From assembly GCF_963921235.1 (NCBI RefSeq), contig NC_086109.1:31064001-31128000 (forward strand): a stretch of DNA of 64,000 bases, in the 5' to 3' direction. The notes beneath the pieces were generated by a model. That model was not told the DNA's origin, ran no database searches, and saw only the letters and a list, made by a program, of their open reading frames with translations. This document shows, piece by piece, positions 1-12,730 of the stretch. The first letter of the stretch is position 1; every line of letters begins with the position of its first letter. The position numbers and the translations under genes were made by a program. This DNA comes from Mobula hypostoma. Its lineage: Eukaryota.

Positions 1-299
1 CTGTACCTTTTCTCCAATTACACCTTTTCTCTCTCTTCAGTCAAAACACTCAAATATCTGGCTTAAGAGGGAGCTGACCAAGGAGATGCAAGTTGTTTAA
101 CTCTGGATAATTGTTGCCCATGATGGGAAGTAATCAGTAGATAAACCAGCAATTCAAACAAGGTTCCAATCTGCACAATACCCTTCTGCACAAAGGTAAT
201 TTTCCCACTCTGCCAGCATGCATAGGGCATTCTCAGGACTATGTATTTTCAAAGTTTCTCCTCACATTTTAACAGAACATTATTAATAAATATGAACAT

Positions 300-460
300 T
301 TCTGCAGATGCTTGGAATCCAAAGCAACACACACAAAATGCTGGAGGAACTCAGCAGGTTAGGCATCATCTATGGAAATGAATAAACAGTCGGCGTTTCA
401 GGCCAAGACCACTGCCTGCTTCTGGAGAAGGTTCTCTGCCTAAAGTGTGGACAGTTTATA
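300..460 (-). mobile_element. Penelope-like element pLTR/3' remnant with an inverted junction
   Basis: tctgcagatgct...cacacaaaatgctggaggaactcagcagg...cagtcggcgtttcaggccaagacc is the reverse complement of the repeat seen on + at 20774-20900 and 47120-47290. A degenerate forward copy of the hammerhead-like segment follows at about 422-455. Confidence 0.7.
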
Positions 461-1329
461 ACTTTATTAATATCGATTAATACTTCTTAGGGCAAGGACA
501 TTCCAACCATTGTCCCTTTGAAATGGATAATATTGCCTTTGCTTTGCTTGCTCAGCCTGCAGTCTAACAAATGGGCCATAAACCGAGACATTCATTCCTC
601 TTTTAACATGCAGCAGGGACCAGGGTGTTGCCTTCTTCATTCCTGCTGCATTTGAAGAATACCAAGACAAGTATCATTCTATGGGTATACATAAATGGCA
701 ACCTAATTTATAAATGGACTGATATCTCTAACGCAGAAGAATGACTATTCTGACATTGACCCCAATATTTGCTGTACTTTGGAGAAATTTGTCAACTCAC
801 GTGACGAACGATGGATTATAGAAGCATCATGAACATTAAGTTTTATAACATCCCAGAGGGCTTTCACTGTCAACTCCTGTCAATTACCTTAAGTTCTTTT
901 TCTGCTATTTGCAGACATTAAAGAGTTCAGAACACAGCTGTGGTGTTAAAAAATACTCGCCTTTGAATCTGATCATGGGGAAGCTAATTTATTCTATATT
1001 ATCATTGAAAACTCCGTAATAATTTTGTATGACGTCCTAAATCTATTTGTGCTCATTTGGTTAATCTCCAAAATCAGTGTTACCCAAACCTCAACTGATG
1101 AGCTTCAGCATGCTGATGACACTAGTGTTAATGCATGTTGGGAGCTCTGAGGCATCATTGACTCTTCTACTGAGGCATACGAGACGATTGATCTTCCATC
1201 TACATTTACATGACCAGCATCATCTGTGAACCTGCCGCTGCTGCACGTCATCACTCTTTGAAAACAGACATTCACAGTGGGTCCCTGGAAAATATGGAAC
1301 CAATTCCCATATATGAGGTATAGCCTCCT

Positions 1330-1880
1330 GCTGAAGATGCTAGTGATGACACTACCACATGGAATATTTGAAAATTATGACCTCAAACATGGCACAAAAT
1401 TGATGGTGTACTAGGCAGTGTTAATACTTTCACGTCGGAGACTGGGGTTACAAACAGGAAACATTTCAAGATACAGGAGAACTATCACCTAATTTGTCTT
1501 GGCAAAATCCTCCAAATTCACTGGGACAAAAAGCCAAGCAATGGCAGTGTCCTCTTTCAGGCCGACATTGCCAGAACTTGTAACAACTATTATACCCAAG
1601 GAACAGGCAGGCCATGTCATTCATATCTGACACTTTGTTACAAGCTCCTTCTCTGGAAGTGATGGACAGAGGGACACGAGGAAAAAGAACCAAAGATTTT
1701 CTCATAGCCATTTTGAAGAAAGGCAGCATCCTCACTGACTCTTGGGAGTCTTTGTTCCATGACATTTCAAAGTGGAAAAGGAACATTCAAGATAGTATTG
1801 CAAACCACAAGGTGATGTATCAGGAGCTTGTTCTTTTGGTTTGCATTGGGCCTCACGTTGACAGAGGAGAAGACTGAAGC
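1330..1880 (+). mobile_element. Degenerate RTE-clade (BovB-like) LINE, 3' ORF fragment
   Basis: Broken frames read TKLMVY*AVL, SETG, LGKILQIHWDK and KKGSILTDSWESLFHDISKWKRNIQD (ORF 1614-1877), resembling RTE ORF C-termini. Stops and frameshifts are present. Confidence 0.65.
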
Positions 1881-2189
1881 AAGACAGTCAGGTCATTGTT
1901 GTACCAGGCTTAGCTGTTGAAATGACATACAGCGTGATCTTGGATGCTCTTGAGCTGTTTTGCTCTGCCAGTATTATAGAAAGCGATGCAGTTCAGGACT
2001 GATATAAAGTAGAAGATTTAGGATGAAGGATTGCTGTTGGGATTTCAGTGAGATATGATGTAAGTAAACATAGTAAAGATGTACTTGGTAGTTAGCAGTA
2101 GCCATGATTTGTAGTGGGGTTGCCTCGGTAGTTCTGATAGTTGTTGTGAAGTGGAACTAGCCTTTTAGTGTTGCTTAGGTTGGTGATTA

Positions 2190-2492
2190 AAGATTAGCTT
2201 CATTTGCCACAGTTATGTCAAAACTTACAGTGAAATGAATCTTTTTTTGTCAAATCAAATCAGCAAGGGTTGTTCTAAGTAGTCTACAAATGTCATCATG
2301 CTTCTGGTGTCGGCTTACCATGCCACAACTCACTAACCCTAACCGTGCATCTTTGAAATGTAGGAGGAGCACCCAGAGGAAGCTCACATGATTGAAGAAA
2401 GAATGTGCAAGTTCCTTAGCAAGAGCAGAAGGAACTGAACCCTAATCTTACAGCTGGCACTATAGAATATTATGCTAACCACTACCGTGTCA
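2190..2492 (-). mobile_element. tRNA-derived V-SINE (HE1-related)
   Basis: V-domain-like catctttgaaatgtaggaggagcacccagaggaagctcaca...gaatgtgcaagttcctt and reversed tRNA head (atgctaaccactac). The tail matches the + copy ending at 28123. Confidence 0.7.
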
Positions 2493-3649
2493 TCCCTATA
2501 GGTGGAGGCTGGTGGCTTATGAGGTTTGGGCAAGTAGCATGTTGGGCAGGTCGCATGTTGGTAGTTGGGATGCAGTAATCTGGAAGTGTTTATGGATGGG
2601 GGTTGTGCACTCGTGATCAGTAGTGTGGTTGGCTCAGTAAGTCAGTGATCTGGTTCAAGTCTGGCAAAAGTAGCAAGCTTGAATGTTGGCGTTGCTCTGC
2701 GATTTTCGGCACGGGTTTTGTAATCAATGTAAAGCCAGACAACTACAGTACCTAGCTTAGAGAGGACTGACCTGAAATGGGAAACAGCACTATGCTGGAA
2801 TCTATGTTAGGTCATATGGAATGGTTGAAAGGGTGCTAAGAGTCCTGCTTATGGATAGATTAAAGGCTTTGGCCTAAGTGGCCTACAGACTGAATGGACT
2901 GCACTGCACATTTCAACATTTGGAAGTGGTAAATGGTTATGTTTCATGCTCTGCTGAAGGCCACTATGCATATATGAGGTCCCTATGTATTTACATATAG
3001 GATCCTAAATGAAAAATATGGATTTGATTCAGTTAACAATGTCTTACTTTTTACTTAAATTGGATTACATCGTGCACAAGGCATGGTGCTCTCCAATCTA
3101 GTTGCTTCTTATTAAAAATTGCCATATTGCAATTTTTCATTTGATTTATTCACCTACATTTCTATTCACATATAACTGAATTGGTACTCCATAACTTAAA
3201 CTATATAACATTGGAAATATTCATCAATGTGAAGTGATTTAAAGACAAACTTTCAATATCAGGAGAAATTGTCTAATAGAATTCAGGCTGATTAAACTGG
3301 TGACTAGAAAATGGGTGGTATGATTTACTGTCAGTTTTGTGCTTGTGCCAAAGTTGAAATTTTCTTCTGCACTTGTCAGTTCAGCGGACTAAAACCAGCA
3401 GAAACTGTAAACTCCTTAAGATGCTATTTGGATTTGTCTTTAACTTTGTATGTAAAAGCTGATGGAAGGGAGGCACATTTTCATTGAAGTGACTTGGTGA
3501 CCAATCAAATATATTGTGAAATCAGGGCTTTTTGATTATTTTTTTAATACATTATAACCAGTGATTGGAAAATTATGACTGTCCTGTATACAATGCCATC
3601 ATATACAAATGTTGGCTGGACATGTAGTGCACTTATGGTGGATATTCAT

Positions 3650-4115
3650 AGAATTCATCTGGAGACAAAGTCTGCATATCTGGGCCAGAGGCAGGAGGTT
3701 GGAGGCACTTTTTCTGCAAGTCTGGCTGTCCAGGCCAGAGAGTGGAGGTAGAAAGTCCAGTATCTGTGAGATTGAGATTCCAGGGCCAAGGACTGAAGGC
3801 CCTGAAGTGATTGGTCTTGAGGTTGAAAGTCTGGGTGCGTTAGGGGGTGAGATGATGGGATAAAGTTTTGTTTTACTGTTGTTTTAAGTTGTGTTGTTGT
3901 TGTTACTGCTGCTGCTGCTTGGGTTGTTCTGTGTTTTGTGTTGTCTTGTTACTGTGTTGCACATTGTGGGCATGCTGTATTGGTGCCAGAATGTGTGGGG
4001 TCACTTTGCAGGTTCTCCCAAAACATTGTTGGTTGTGTTGGTTGTTAATGCAAATAACACATTTCTCTGTTGTAGCTTTCGATGTACAACTGATAAATAA
4101 ATCTGAATCTGAACT
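3650..4115 (+). mobile_element. Non-autonomous retroposon remnant with LINE-type 3' tail
   Basis: Shares gtgggcatgct...tggtgccagaa with the V-SINE tails in this window, ends in aataaatctgaatctgaa, and has (TGT)n/(CTG)n low complexity at about 3880-3920. Confidence 0.5.
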
Positions 4116-4629
4116 GGTCCAATATGTCTCAGAATCTTCAGGCACAATGTTATATGACTCATAATCCAACAAGATTCATATATATCAATACCAGCAAAAT
4201 AAATATTTGTTGAATATTCTGATTATTTAATAAATATAACCATGCACTATTTAGTAACCCCTTCCAGCTTTATTTTTCCCTTGGTATATGTTTTTCTGAT
4301 AGCACTATTTGTACTCCAGCCCTTCTACTCACTTTAGAATTGCCTCTAAAGCTTTCTTCCATTTCGATTCTATCACCTGGAGCTCTTTCCTAACATTCTC
4401 CACCTTGATTTTCATCTCCCTTTCTGGAGGAATGTTTGACTGTTAGGTTTTCTATATAAAAGGTGCCTTGGACCATTACTTTATGTTAAAAGTGTGGTTT
4501 TTTGATGTTTGTCTTGTTTTATGTAAGTAGAACTTTCAGAAACTGACAGAGCCAGGAAGCATTCAGTGCTGACAGTGAGTAACCTCAAATCAATTCAAAG
4601 ACTGTCATTTATTTACTCATTTATTTTTA

Positions 4630-4912
4630 TTTATTGAGATAGAGCATGGGGTAAGCCCTTCTGGTCCTTCAAGCCAATCCGTGCTGCCCAGTAATCCCCC
4701 AATTTAACCCTAGCCTCATCATGGGATAATTTTCAATGACCAGTTAACTTACCACCAACCAGTACGTCTTTGGACTGTAGGAGGAAACTGGAGCACCTGC
4801 AAGAAATCCACGTGGTCATGGGGAGAATGCTTCCTTACAGCCAGCAGTGGGAAATGAACTCGGGTCGTCTGTACTGCAAAGGGTTGTACTAACCACTATG
4901 CTACCATGCCAC
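4630..4912 (-). mobile_element. HE1-like V-SINE with CR1-type tail
   Basis: cgtctttggactgtaggaggaaactggagcacc...ggggagaatg V-domain, reversed tRNA head taaccactatgctaccatgcc, and tail gcccttctggtccttcaagcc. Confidence 0.8.
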
Positions 4913-6016
4913 CCGACACTTGAAAGGGGATCCAGGAAGTTGAACAAGCTGCAGACCCAGAACCATGTCAGAATTGCCAAAATCATTTTCCATTAGTTCT
5001 GATGCCATCAGAATTTCTGGAGTAAATGGAAAGCATCTTAGTATCATTAGCAATTGACCAGCAGAGTCTGTGCTATGAGCATGTATGAAGAGGATCAATG
5101 CAATTGTGTCACTGTTACAGATTTTAGCACATGCAGTCGTGGCAGGGTTTATGCAAAATTCTGGAGCCTTTCAGAAAGTCCATGTGAACTCCTCCTAACC
5201 CCAACTAAGGCTTGGAATGAAAAAGGAAAGGAGATTAAACATTTGCTCACTAAGTTCCTTTCTTATTATCCTTTTGTGATGCAGGAACATTAACTACAGA
5301 TAACTTTGTATTCAGAACATTTTAATACATTGCCTTTTCATGGCTCAGAATTTATTGGTTTATCTCATTGTTTTTTGGGAGCATGCTGTGAGTACAGAAC
5401 ATCAATGCAAAAGATACGCAACTGGGTCATTGATTCTTTTGGTTTTTCATTTGCATATTAATGACACACTGCTTGCAATGGGAAATTTCAGACGTCTGTT
5501 TTAGTCTATTCTTGTTAACATTAATCGTGTTTCCACTGGAAAGCTTTGACAATTTGTCTCAAGCCAGGAAGAGAAAAATAGGTAAGGAATGGTGGAAACG
5601 GATTGTGATAGGGAGACAGACGATGAATATCTACAGGTCTACCAAAATATGATAGGGATTATCTTCACATTTCAGTCGGATAAACTTAATCAGAAATGAT
5701 AAAAGGCAGCCAGCAATGTCCCCTTATAAAATCAAATAAAGCCAGCCTTGCAGATGACCAGGTTAAATCAGAATAATCTGCTTTTCCTAGCCATTTTCAT
5801 TAATTGAAGTTTGCCATTCATTTTCTGCAGCTTCTGCAGAGGCCAATTGGGTGTATATTCGAAGAGTGTTATCCACCTATGTATGAAGTCCCCAAAGCTG
5901 ACTTTCAAACTATGTTGCTGAGGAGCTATTGGAAAAGGCCATTATGTCATTTCTGAGTGAAAGATATGTATGAACCTGGGGAAGGATAGTAATTCTAGCA
6001 AGGTAGAATTATTATT

Positions 6017-8874
6017 TTTTTTTTAATTTTATTTTTATTTGGATAAGGAGTTCACAATTATCATGTACTTTTTTCACACATATAACCTTTTCCATTTTTT
6101 TATATGTATAAAACTACAATTATTTATACATTCTTAAGTACACATTGAGATGATATAAAAGCAAAATAAACATTTAAATAGATAATTATGTACTGTGGTA
6201 AATCTAACCTATTAGGCTAAGTAATGAAATTAGTTGTTAAGAAAAATGGTAATAATAGTTTCCATACAACCCTTCTGGACCATTTCCACTGGTCCAAAAT
6301 GTTGCATACAAGCCTATATACCAACCATTGTAGGTGTTTATATCCCAATTTGTTCATGCTTGTTCCTGCCCGCAGACATAATTATCCAATCCCTATGTAC
6401 TTATTTACTTAATTTTTTCATTTTTTTTATCCCTTTCCCAAATCTTTCCCTTTACTTGTGTTAATTCTCTATTTTCCAAAAAAAAACAACAAACATTTAG
6501 ACTAGGGGTGCTTACGTTAGCAATATTACTGTGTTGATGAGAAGAGCAATATAAATCATTAGGAGAGTCATCTAAAGTCTGCTCGCATTGGGGTTGTATA
6601 TTCAATCCATTTATTCCAGATTTGATAAAATGTTTCTTTTTGAGTTCTCAGGGAGTAGGTCAACTTTTCCATTTTAAATATTTCCAAGATAATTTCGTAC
6701 CAATCTTCTAATGTAGGTGTTATTGGATTTAGCCATTTTCTAGTGATTGATTTCTTACTTGCCGCTAAGAGGGCCTGCAGCAACTTTATATCTTCCTTCT
6801 GTTCAAGGAACAATACATGCCCCAAATAGAGCGTCTCAAAGTTCAGAGGTATCTGGGACCTAAGTACCTTAACTAATGTTCTATGAATACCTTCCCAAAA
6901 TAGACTTAATTTAGGGCAATCCCAGAAAATATGAAAATGATTTGCCTCCTTAGAGCCGCACCTTCTCCAACACATCACATTTGTATCTTTATATTTTTCC
7001 TGATATGGGGTCTTGAAGTATCTTATAATGTTTTTCCAACAATGTTCTCTCCAAGTCAAAGAATTAGTCGAGGACCATTGAAAGCTGCAGATTTTCCCCC
7101 AAGCCTCCTCGGAAAGTACCAACCCCGCTTCTTTCTCCCACTTCTCTTTAATATACAGTGTATTTACATTTTTAGCATGGGAGAGTGCATTATATAGGCG
7201 AGAAACTGATTTACTAGGTATTGAACTGCAAGCCGAATTCAGAATCTTGAAAAATTCTAATTCTACTGTTGATAGGTCTGTATATCTACAACTCTGGTTA
7301 ACATAGTTTCGTATTTGAAGGTACCTAAAAAAGTCATTATGTTCTAGGCCATGTTTGTCCTGCAGGATTTGGAAACTTTGTAATACTCTTTTATCTATAA
7401 ATGAGAGGTAGGTTGTAAGACCTTTCTTTATCCATAGCTCAAATCTTTTATCTCCTCTGTTGGGAAGGAATTCGGTATCATATGCACACCATCTAAAGAG
7501 TTTTAGCATGTTATTAATTCCACATGAATTAACCACCTTCTGCCATACTTTTAATGTAAGATTTATCCAAGCATTATTTAATTTTTCCAACTGGGCCATC
7601 AATCCTTTGTCAGCTATTGAGGCCTGAAGAGGAAAACTGTCAACTAATCCAAATTCTATTTCCTTCCATCTAGCCTTATATTCCCTATTACACCAATATA
7701 ACAGAGGGGTTATCTGTGAGGCATAAAAATAATTTCTCAGGCAAGGAAGAACCATACCTCCTCTTTCCTTCCCTAACTGTAAAGTGTTATATCGAATTCT
7801 AGGTTTCCTTCCTTGCCAAATGAAGCGGGAAATCCATTTGTCCCATTCCCTGAATTGATTATCATCCACCTCCACTGGTAAAGTACGGAAAAGATATAAT
7901 AACCGAGGAAGAATATTCATTTTTATAGTATTTGTCCTTGAATTTAAACTTAAAAAGGGGATAAAATTCCATCTATGCATATCTGCTTTTATCTCTGAGA
8001 TTAATGGCCCATAATTTACCTGTGACAGTGTTGAAAGATCCTTTGGCAGGGTTATTCCTAAATATTTTAATGATTTAGCTTCCCACTTAAGATCGTATGT
8101 ATCCTGCAATTTTTTGGATGGTGTATAATTTAGGGACATAACCTGCGTTTTCTTTACATTTATTTTATAACCTGATATTTTCCCAAAGTCATCCAACAGT
8201 GTAAACAATCCTATAAATGATTTTTCTGGTTCACTCAGATAGACCAAAACATCATCTGCGAATAACGCCACTTTCTGTTCAATCCCTGTCACCTTGATAC
8301 CTTTTACGATTTCGCTCTGTCTTATTAGTTGGGCAAGTGGTTCAATATATAGCGCAAAAAGGAGAGGAGAAATTGGGCATCCCTGTCTAGTGCTTCTCTC
8401 TAAAATGAAGGAGTCAGAGAGGTCCCCATTTATCTTAATTCGGGCTGTTGGGCTGTCATACAGAGTCTGAATTACTTTAATAAACCTTTCTTGAAAGCCG
8501 AATCTTCCTAACACTCTGTATAGGAATGCCCAACTAACCGAATCAAAAGCTTTCTCAGCGTCCAATCCTACTACCATTGTCTCTTTCTCGTTCTTATTAA
8601 CCTGTTCTAATATGTGCAGAGTTCTCCTTATGTTGTCCTGTGTTTGTCTTTGTTGAATAAATCCAGTCTGGTCTAAGTGGATTAGGCCAGGTAAAAGCTT
8701 TTCCAATCTGCGCGCTAATATAGATGTAAATAGTTTGTAATCTAAATTAAGAACACTAATTGGCCGATAATTGCCACATTCTAGTTTATCTTTACCCTCT
8801 TTAGGAATAACTGAAATAATCGCTTCTCTCCAGGAAGGTGGAGTTTCTCCTCTCTGCAAGATCCAATTAAAGGA
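6017..8874 (-). mobile_element. 5'-truncated L1-clade LINE with poly(A) tail and target-site duplication
   Basis: Identical flanks caaggtagaattattatt at 5999-6016 and 8875-8892. A-rich tail with AATAAA on the minus strand at about 6017-6040. 3' UTR of about 550 bp. Open RT ORF. Confidence 0.95.
6568..8874 (-). CDS. L1 ORF2 fragment: reverse transcriptase and C-terminal Cys/His domain (endonuclease missing)
   Basis: Uninterrupted frame with NYRPISVLNLDYK, LDAEKAFDSVSW, RQGCPISPLLF, ALFADD, YLGI and CWRRCG..HIFWDCP. The TTG 'start' in the ORF track lies inside the TSD and is not a real initiator. Confidence 0.93.
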   Translation of the reverse strand, partial: SFNWILQRGETPPSWREAIISVIPKEGKDKLECGNYRPISVLNLDYKLFTSILARRLEKLLPGLIHLDQTGFIQQRQTQDNIRRTLHILEQVNKNEKETMVVGLDAEKAFDSVSWAFLYRVLGRFGFQERFIKVIQTLYDSPTARIKINGDLSDSFILERSTRQGCPISPLLFALYIEPLAQLIRQSEIVKGIKVTGIEQKVALFADDVLVYLSEPEKSFIGLFTLLDDFGKISGYKINVKKTQVMSLNYTPSKKLQDTYDLKWEAKSLKYLGITLPKDLSTLSQVNYGPLISEIKADMHRWNFIPFLSLNSRTNTIKMNILPRLLYLFRTLPVEVDDNQFREWDKWISRFIWQGRKPRIRYNTLQLGKERGGMVLPCLRNYFYASQITPLLYWCNREYKARWKEIEFGLVDSFPLQASIADKGLMAQLEKLNNAWINLTLKVWQKVVNSCGINNMLKLFRWCAYDTEFLPNRGDKRFELWIKKGLTTYLSFIDKRVLQSFQILQDKHGLEHNDFFRYLQIRNYVNQSCRYTDLSTVELEFFKILNSACSSIPSKSVSRLYNALSHAKNVNTLYIKEKWEKEAGLVLSEEAWGKICSFQWSSTNSLTWREHCWKNIIRYFKTPYQEKYKDTNVMCWRRCGSKEANHFHIFWDCPKLSLFWEGIHRTLVKVLRSQIPLNFETLYLGHVLFLEQKEDIKLLQALLAASKKSITRKWLNPITPTLEDWYEIILEIFKMEKLTYSLRTQKETFYQIWNKWIEYTTPMRADFR

Positions 8875-9107
8875 CAAGGTAGAATTATTATTACCATTAG
8901 GTTATTGAAAATCCAAATGGATCTTGGTGCGGAATTCTTCCATTTTTGAGCTATCGGCTACTAAATTTGGGGTTGTAACTCAAGCACTGTGATCGTTGCA
9001 TAAACCTAAAATGTTCCTGTAGCGTGTGTATCCATAAAGAAGCACATGTTAATTTCTGTATCTCCTACTATCTCATTTATATCTTTGAAGAATATTAACA
9101 TAGATAT

Positions 9108-9580
9108 TATTCAGAGGTTCAAAGGTTCATTTTATTACGAATGTAAATGCGCAGAATACAACTCTGAGATTTGTCTTCTCCAGATAGCCATGAAATACAG
9201 AAAAACCTTGGAGTCATTGAAAGAAAAACATCAACATCATCCAGCATGAAAAAGAAAAAGAAACAAAACTCACAAACCCCAAGCCCCAACCCTTCCCTCA
9301 CACAAAAGCTAACAGATCACTCACCCGGACACGGCAGCTGAAACATCAAACCCCTAACCCCCAAGCTCCCCCTACACAAACAAACAGCGACAATAAGAGC
9401 GAACCCCCGACCCCATTCTTGCACACAAAAAAACCTAACAGATCACTCACCAACACCAACAAGATCATCAGACCCCCAAATCTCCAACCCCTCCCTCATC
9501 CAAAAATTTAACGTCATCCGTCCACTAATCGGCGTCAAGAAAGAACACACAGAAGAACTGAAGACCAATTTAAACTACAG
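9108..9580 (-). repeat. Retroposon 3' tail with degenerate C-rich tandem repeats
   Basis: ggttcaaaggttcattttatt tail followed by repeated units such as acacaaaa..ctaacagatcactcacc and accccaa..ccaacccct. Confidence 0.5.
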
Positions 9581-10912
9581 TCCACATTAGTGATCAGGAC
9601 AACATTTATCATTTCTCTTTTCATGATTTCAAGATGTGACTATTTAACTGAAAAATATTTAACAAATTTTGGCCAAAACAACAGGCAGATTATTCTATGA
9701 ATGCATTATAACTTTGATGATATCACAAACTATGCCTTTTTAGATAATTGTGAGGTCAGTTGTGGTTTCAGCTATCACACATCAACTGCAAATTTATTTT
9801 TACCATTTGGCTTCTTATGCAGTAGGTTTGCTTGATGTTAAAAGTGTAAGAAGATAAGTTGATTGTAGTTTGGTGAAGACCAAGTAAATGCAGTAATAAG
9901 ATACTAGATAATTCTTTCTGGAAATCATTCTAGGAATGAAGCTCTGAAATAAGCACTGAAAATTTTACTTTTAATGTGATTCATGGATTTCTGTCCATTT
10001 TCATTCATTTAAATTTCTATCCAATGCAAGATTCCTTTAGCTAACAGATAAATGATTAAATATCCTAAATCAAAGGAATCAATCACGTCAGTTTCACTGA
10101 TGTTATTCTTACATGAATTTTGCCCTCAGATTGGTGCATCTTTCATTGATTGTAAAATGCAGTTTTATATTCTGTTACCTGTTAGCTACACCAGTTTTGA
10201 AAGACGTTTCCTTATGGCAAGCTTGTTCATATTACAAGAAGTGCAAAACACAAGGGACACAATTACCAGGGTGTTTGGTTGCTGTTCTTTTTTTGAACAG
10301 GTTCTTGGACCGAGATTTTCATCTGCAGCTGATTTTTCTTGGGAAGCAGAAAATAGGCTTTAGTTTGCTCCAGAAATTGCAGGACCACAGAACCAAGAAG
10401 GAGGTTTTCAATGCAGCAGTAAGAAGTACGTGGATACATAAAATAAGAGTCCTTGCTGAATTTCCAAATTGAAGCACTTGCTTCAGCAGTAAGAATTGCT
10501 TGCGAAGTAAATTATAGTCATTATAGTCCTGTGAATAAAATCTACATCTGTTCCTGGCATTGTTAGGGCACTGATCTATATTATTTCTAGAATCTGCTTA
10601 TTTCTTACATTTTATGTGCATTGTACAAAAGTGGGATGTGTGTGCAGTATCTCCTCCCACAAAAAAAATCACAAAAAAAATCAACTGTTCTGGAATTACA
10701 GGAAGAAATATTTCTGATTCTAGTCTTTGTGTTTGCCATTTTTGAAGTCTGTGAGGCAATTGTCAGATGAGTGCTTTTCTCCTCTTCACGGCAAAGCACC
10801 CGTACCCCTATGGTAATGTAACAGATTGGTTGGCACTGTGCCCAATTTCCACAGCACTGACCAAACCTCCATGGCGCAGTGCCCAACTCCCTGGAACATT
10901 ACCAACCCTTCA

Positions 10913-10975
10913 CAGCACCACACTAGCTCTTCAAGCTCCGCAGTACCACACTAGCTCTTCAAGCTCCACAGTACC
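10913..10975. repeat. 28-bp tandem repeat (2 copies plus a partial)
   Basis: cagcaccacactagctcttcaagctccg / cagtaccacactagctcttcaagctcca / cagtacc. Confidence 0.9.
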
Positions 10976-11359
10976 CCCACTCCTCAGAGGTATACCAGCC
11001 CCAACATAATCCTCTCTCTAAAATGAAGACCTGCCCTTCACAGTACAATACCATTTCCATGGTACAGTAGATGTTCCCAAACCTACAGCTCCTGCTGCCG
11101 ACAGCTCAGCAAGAATAAGCAGATTTTTAAATTAATGCTTGCTTCATTACCGAGCCAAATTTCAATTTGTGCTTAAACATTGATTGATAGATAAAGGGAA
11201 TGTAGTAAAAGCTATCAAATAACATTCTATGAAATGCTTCACAAAACATTTGTTTGAAAAGTTTGCTTAGAATAAAATAAAAGTGCAGCAGAATTAATAG
11301 AAATCTGGTTGACAGTAAAAAGATTTTTAAAATCTATTGTTTTTAATTGAATTGTTTTA

Positions 11360-11705
11360 AGGAATGTTGGCAAGACTAGCATTTATGGTTTATCCTACTT
11401 TAGATGTGATCTGACTGCATTTCTAGACTATTTCTGACAGAATTAACCTTTTTTGTAGGTGTGAAGTCACATAATGGCCAAACTAGATAAGGGCAGTGGA
11501 TTTCATTTCCTGAAGGATGTTAGGGATCTAGTTAGCTTTTTACATTTCATTGTCTCTATTACTATGGCTAACGTTTTAAAATTTAATCCCAGACTATTTA
11601 ATTAACTAAACTTTAATTTCGCATGCTGTTGTGATAGGTTTTGAACTCAGTTCTCCAGGTCATGATTATCAGCGCAGTAATTTAATAACCATACCACCAT
11701 CCACT
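11360..11705 (-). mobile_element. Old SacSINE1-like (DeuSINE) element
   Basis: ggcaagactagcatttat...gaagtcacataatggccaaactagataagggcagtggatttcatttcctgaagga...gttttgaactc resembles reversed shark SacSINE1 (from memory). Homologous to the + copy at 33545. Confidence 0.6.
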
Positions 11706-12509
11706 AATGCCCAGCATACAGTTAGATCTTGAGCAAATAGTTTTAACCTCAAATCATATTAAATACATTTCTAAGATATAAACAGATTTTAATAATTATT
11801 AACAATTTTTTCAGATTAGTTTAATAATACATTTCTGATTTTCATCGTGTCTTACCATCGATGAAGCCAAAACCTGACCACTATTGTATAAAAAGGCATA
11901 ATTATACTGACAACACTTTTATTGTTTCTAGATTTGATAATGACAGACTTTTTGATGAATCTGCATGTGTCAAAGTAGTTATGAAAATTTGATCCCTGGG
12001 AAGTGGTAAACACTTACACTGTTCTTAGTTTCATTTTAGTTTCACTTTTCAACGTATAAAATGGAACCACAAATTATGTTTGGATTCCTGAAGAGGTATG
12101 GAATTAAACTAAATCAAAACTAAAGATCATTTAGCCTAAATACTTGTTTAGTACAAGAATATTTTATGGAAAAATATGTCTAATGAATAGCTCATGAAAT
12201 TAACCCTAATATACTGATTGTAGTGTAAAGCACAGTAATCTTGTGCTGTCTATTGTAAGATTTCTAGTGACTTGTCATCACTATCTATATTCTTAGTCAG
12301 ACGGAACAGAATAGTAATATTATATGATAATATCATGAGTGATAAGCAGCAGTTAGAGCTAGCCAGTGTTGTTTGAAGTGGAAAAGGTACAGTATTGTGG
12401 CAGAGTGTGGCTGGACAGCAATGCCCAAGGTAAATTAGGTAGAAGAAACAATGAAGATTGGTGCAACATTATTGAAAACCCTAAGATTTTGAGATGACCT
12501 TGGGTCTGA

Positions 12510-12730
12510 GAAGTAAATGTTTTCTGCAGAATCCGGTTAATATTTGGAATGGACTACTAGAAGAAGGGATGGAATCAGCTGCAATTACTGTATTTAAGGT
12601 CCAGTTAAATAGACAAGACAGAGGAGGATATGGGTCTCATGCAGGGAAATAGGATTATTGTAGATGGATCTAAAAGGTCAGTATAGACATTGTAGGCCAA
12701 ATGAGTAATTTTTGTGCTGTGTGTCTCTAG
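12510..12730 (+). mobile_element. Degenerate CR1 LINE 3' end
   Basis: gaggatatggg...gcagggaaatagga...gtaggccaaatg...tgtgctgt tail, shared with other CR1 tails in the window. Confidence 0.65.

Noticed and set aside
41..129. Plus-strand exon after a strong acceptor (ttttctctctcttcag)
   Set aside because: Stops occur in all three frames. A non-coding exon cannot be supported from sequence alone.
3868..4172. Cys-, Leu- and Gln-rich ORFs
   Set aside because: They are translations of (TGT)n/(CTG)n low-complexity sequence in a repeat.
8875..8877. Start codon of the 769-aa ORF
   Set aside because: The TTG lies in the target-site duplication. The element is 5'-truncated, so this is not an independent gene.
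10913..10975. CRISPR-like 28-bp repeats
   Set aside because: The copies are directly adjacent with no spacers, there are no cas genes, and the context is vertebrate.
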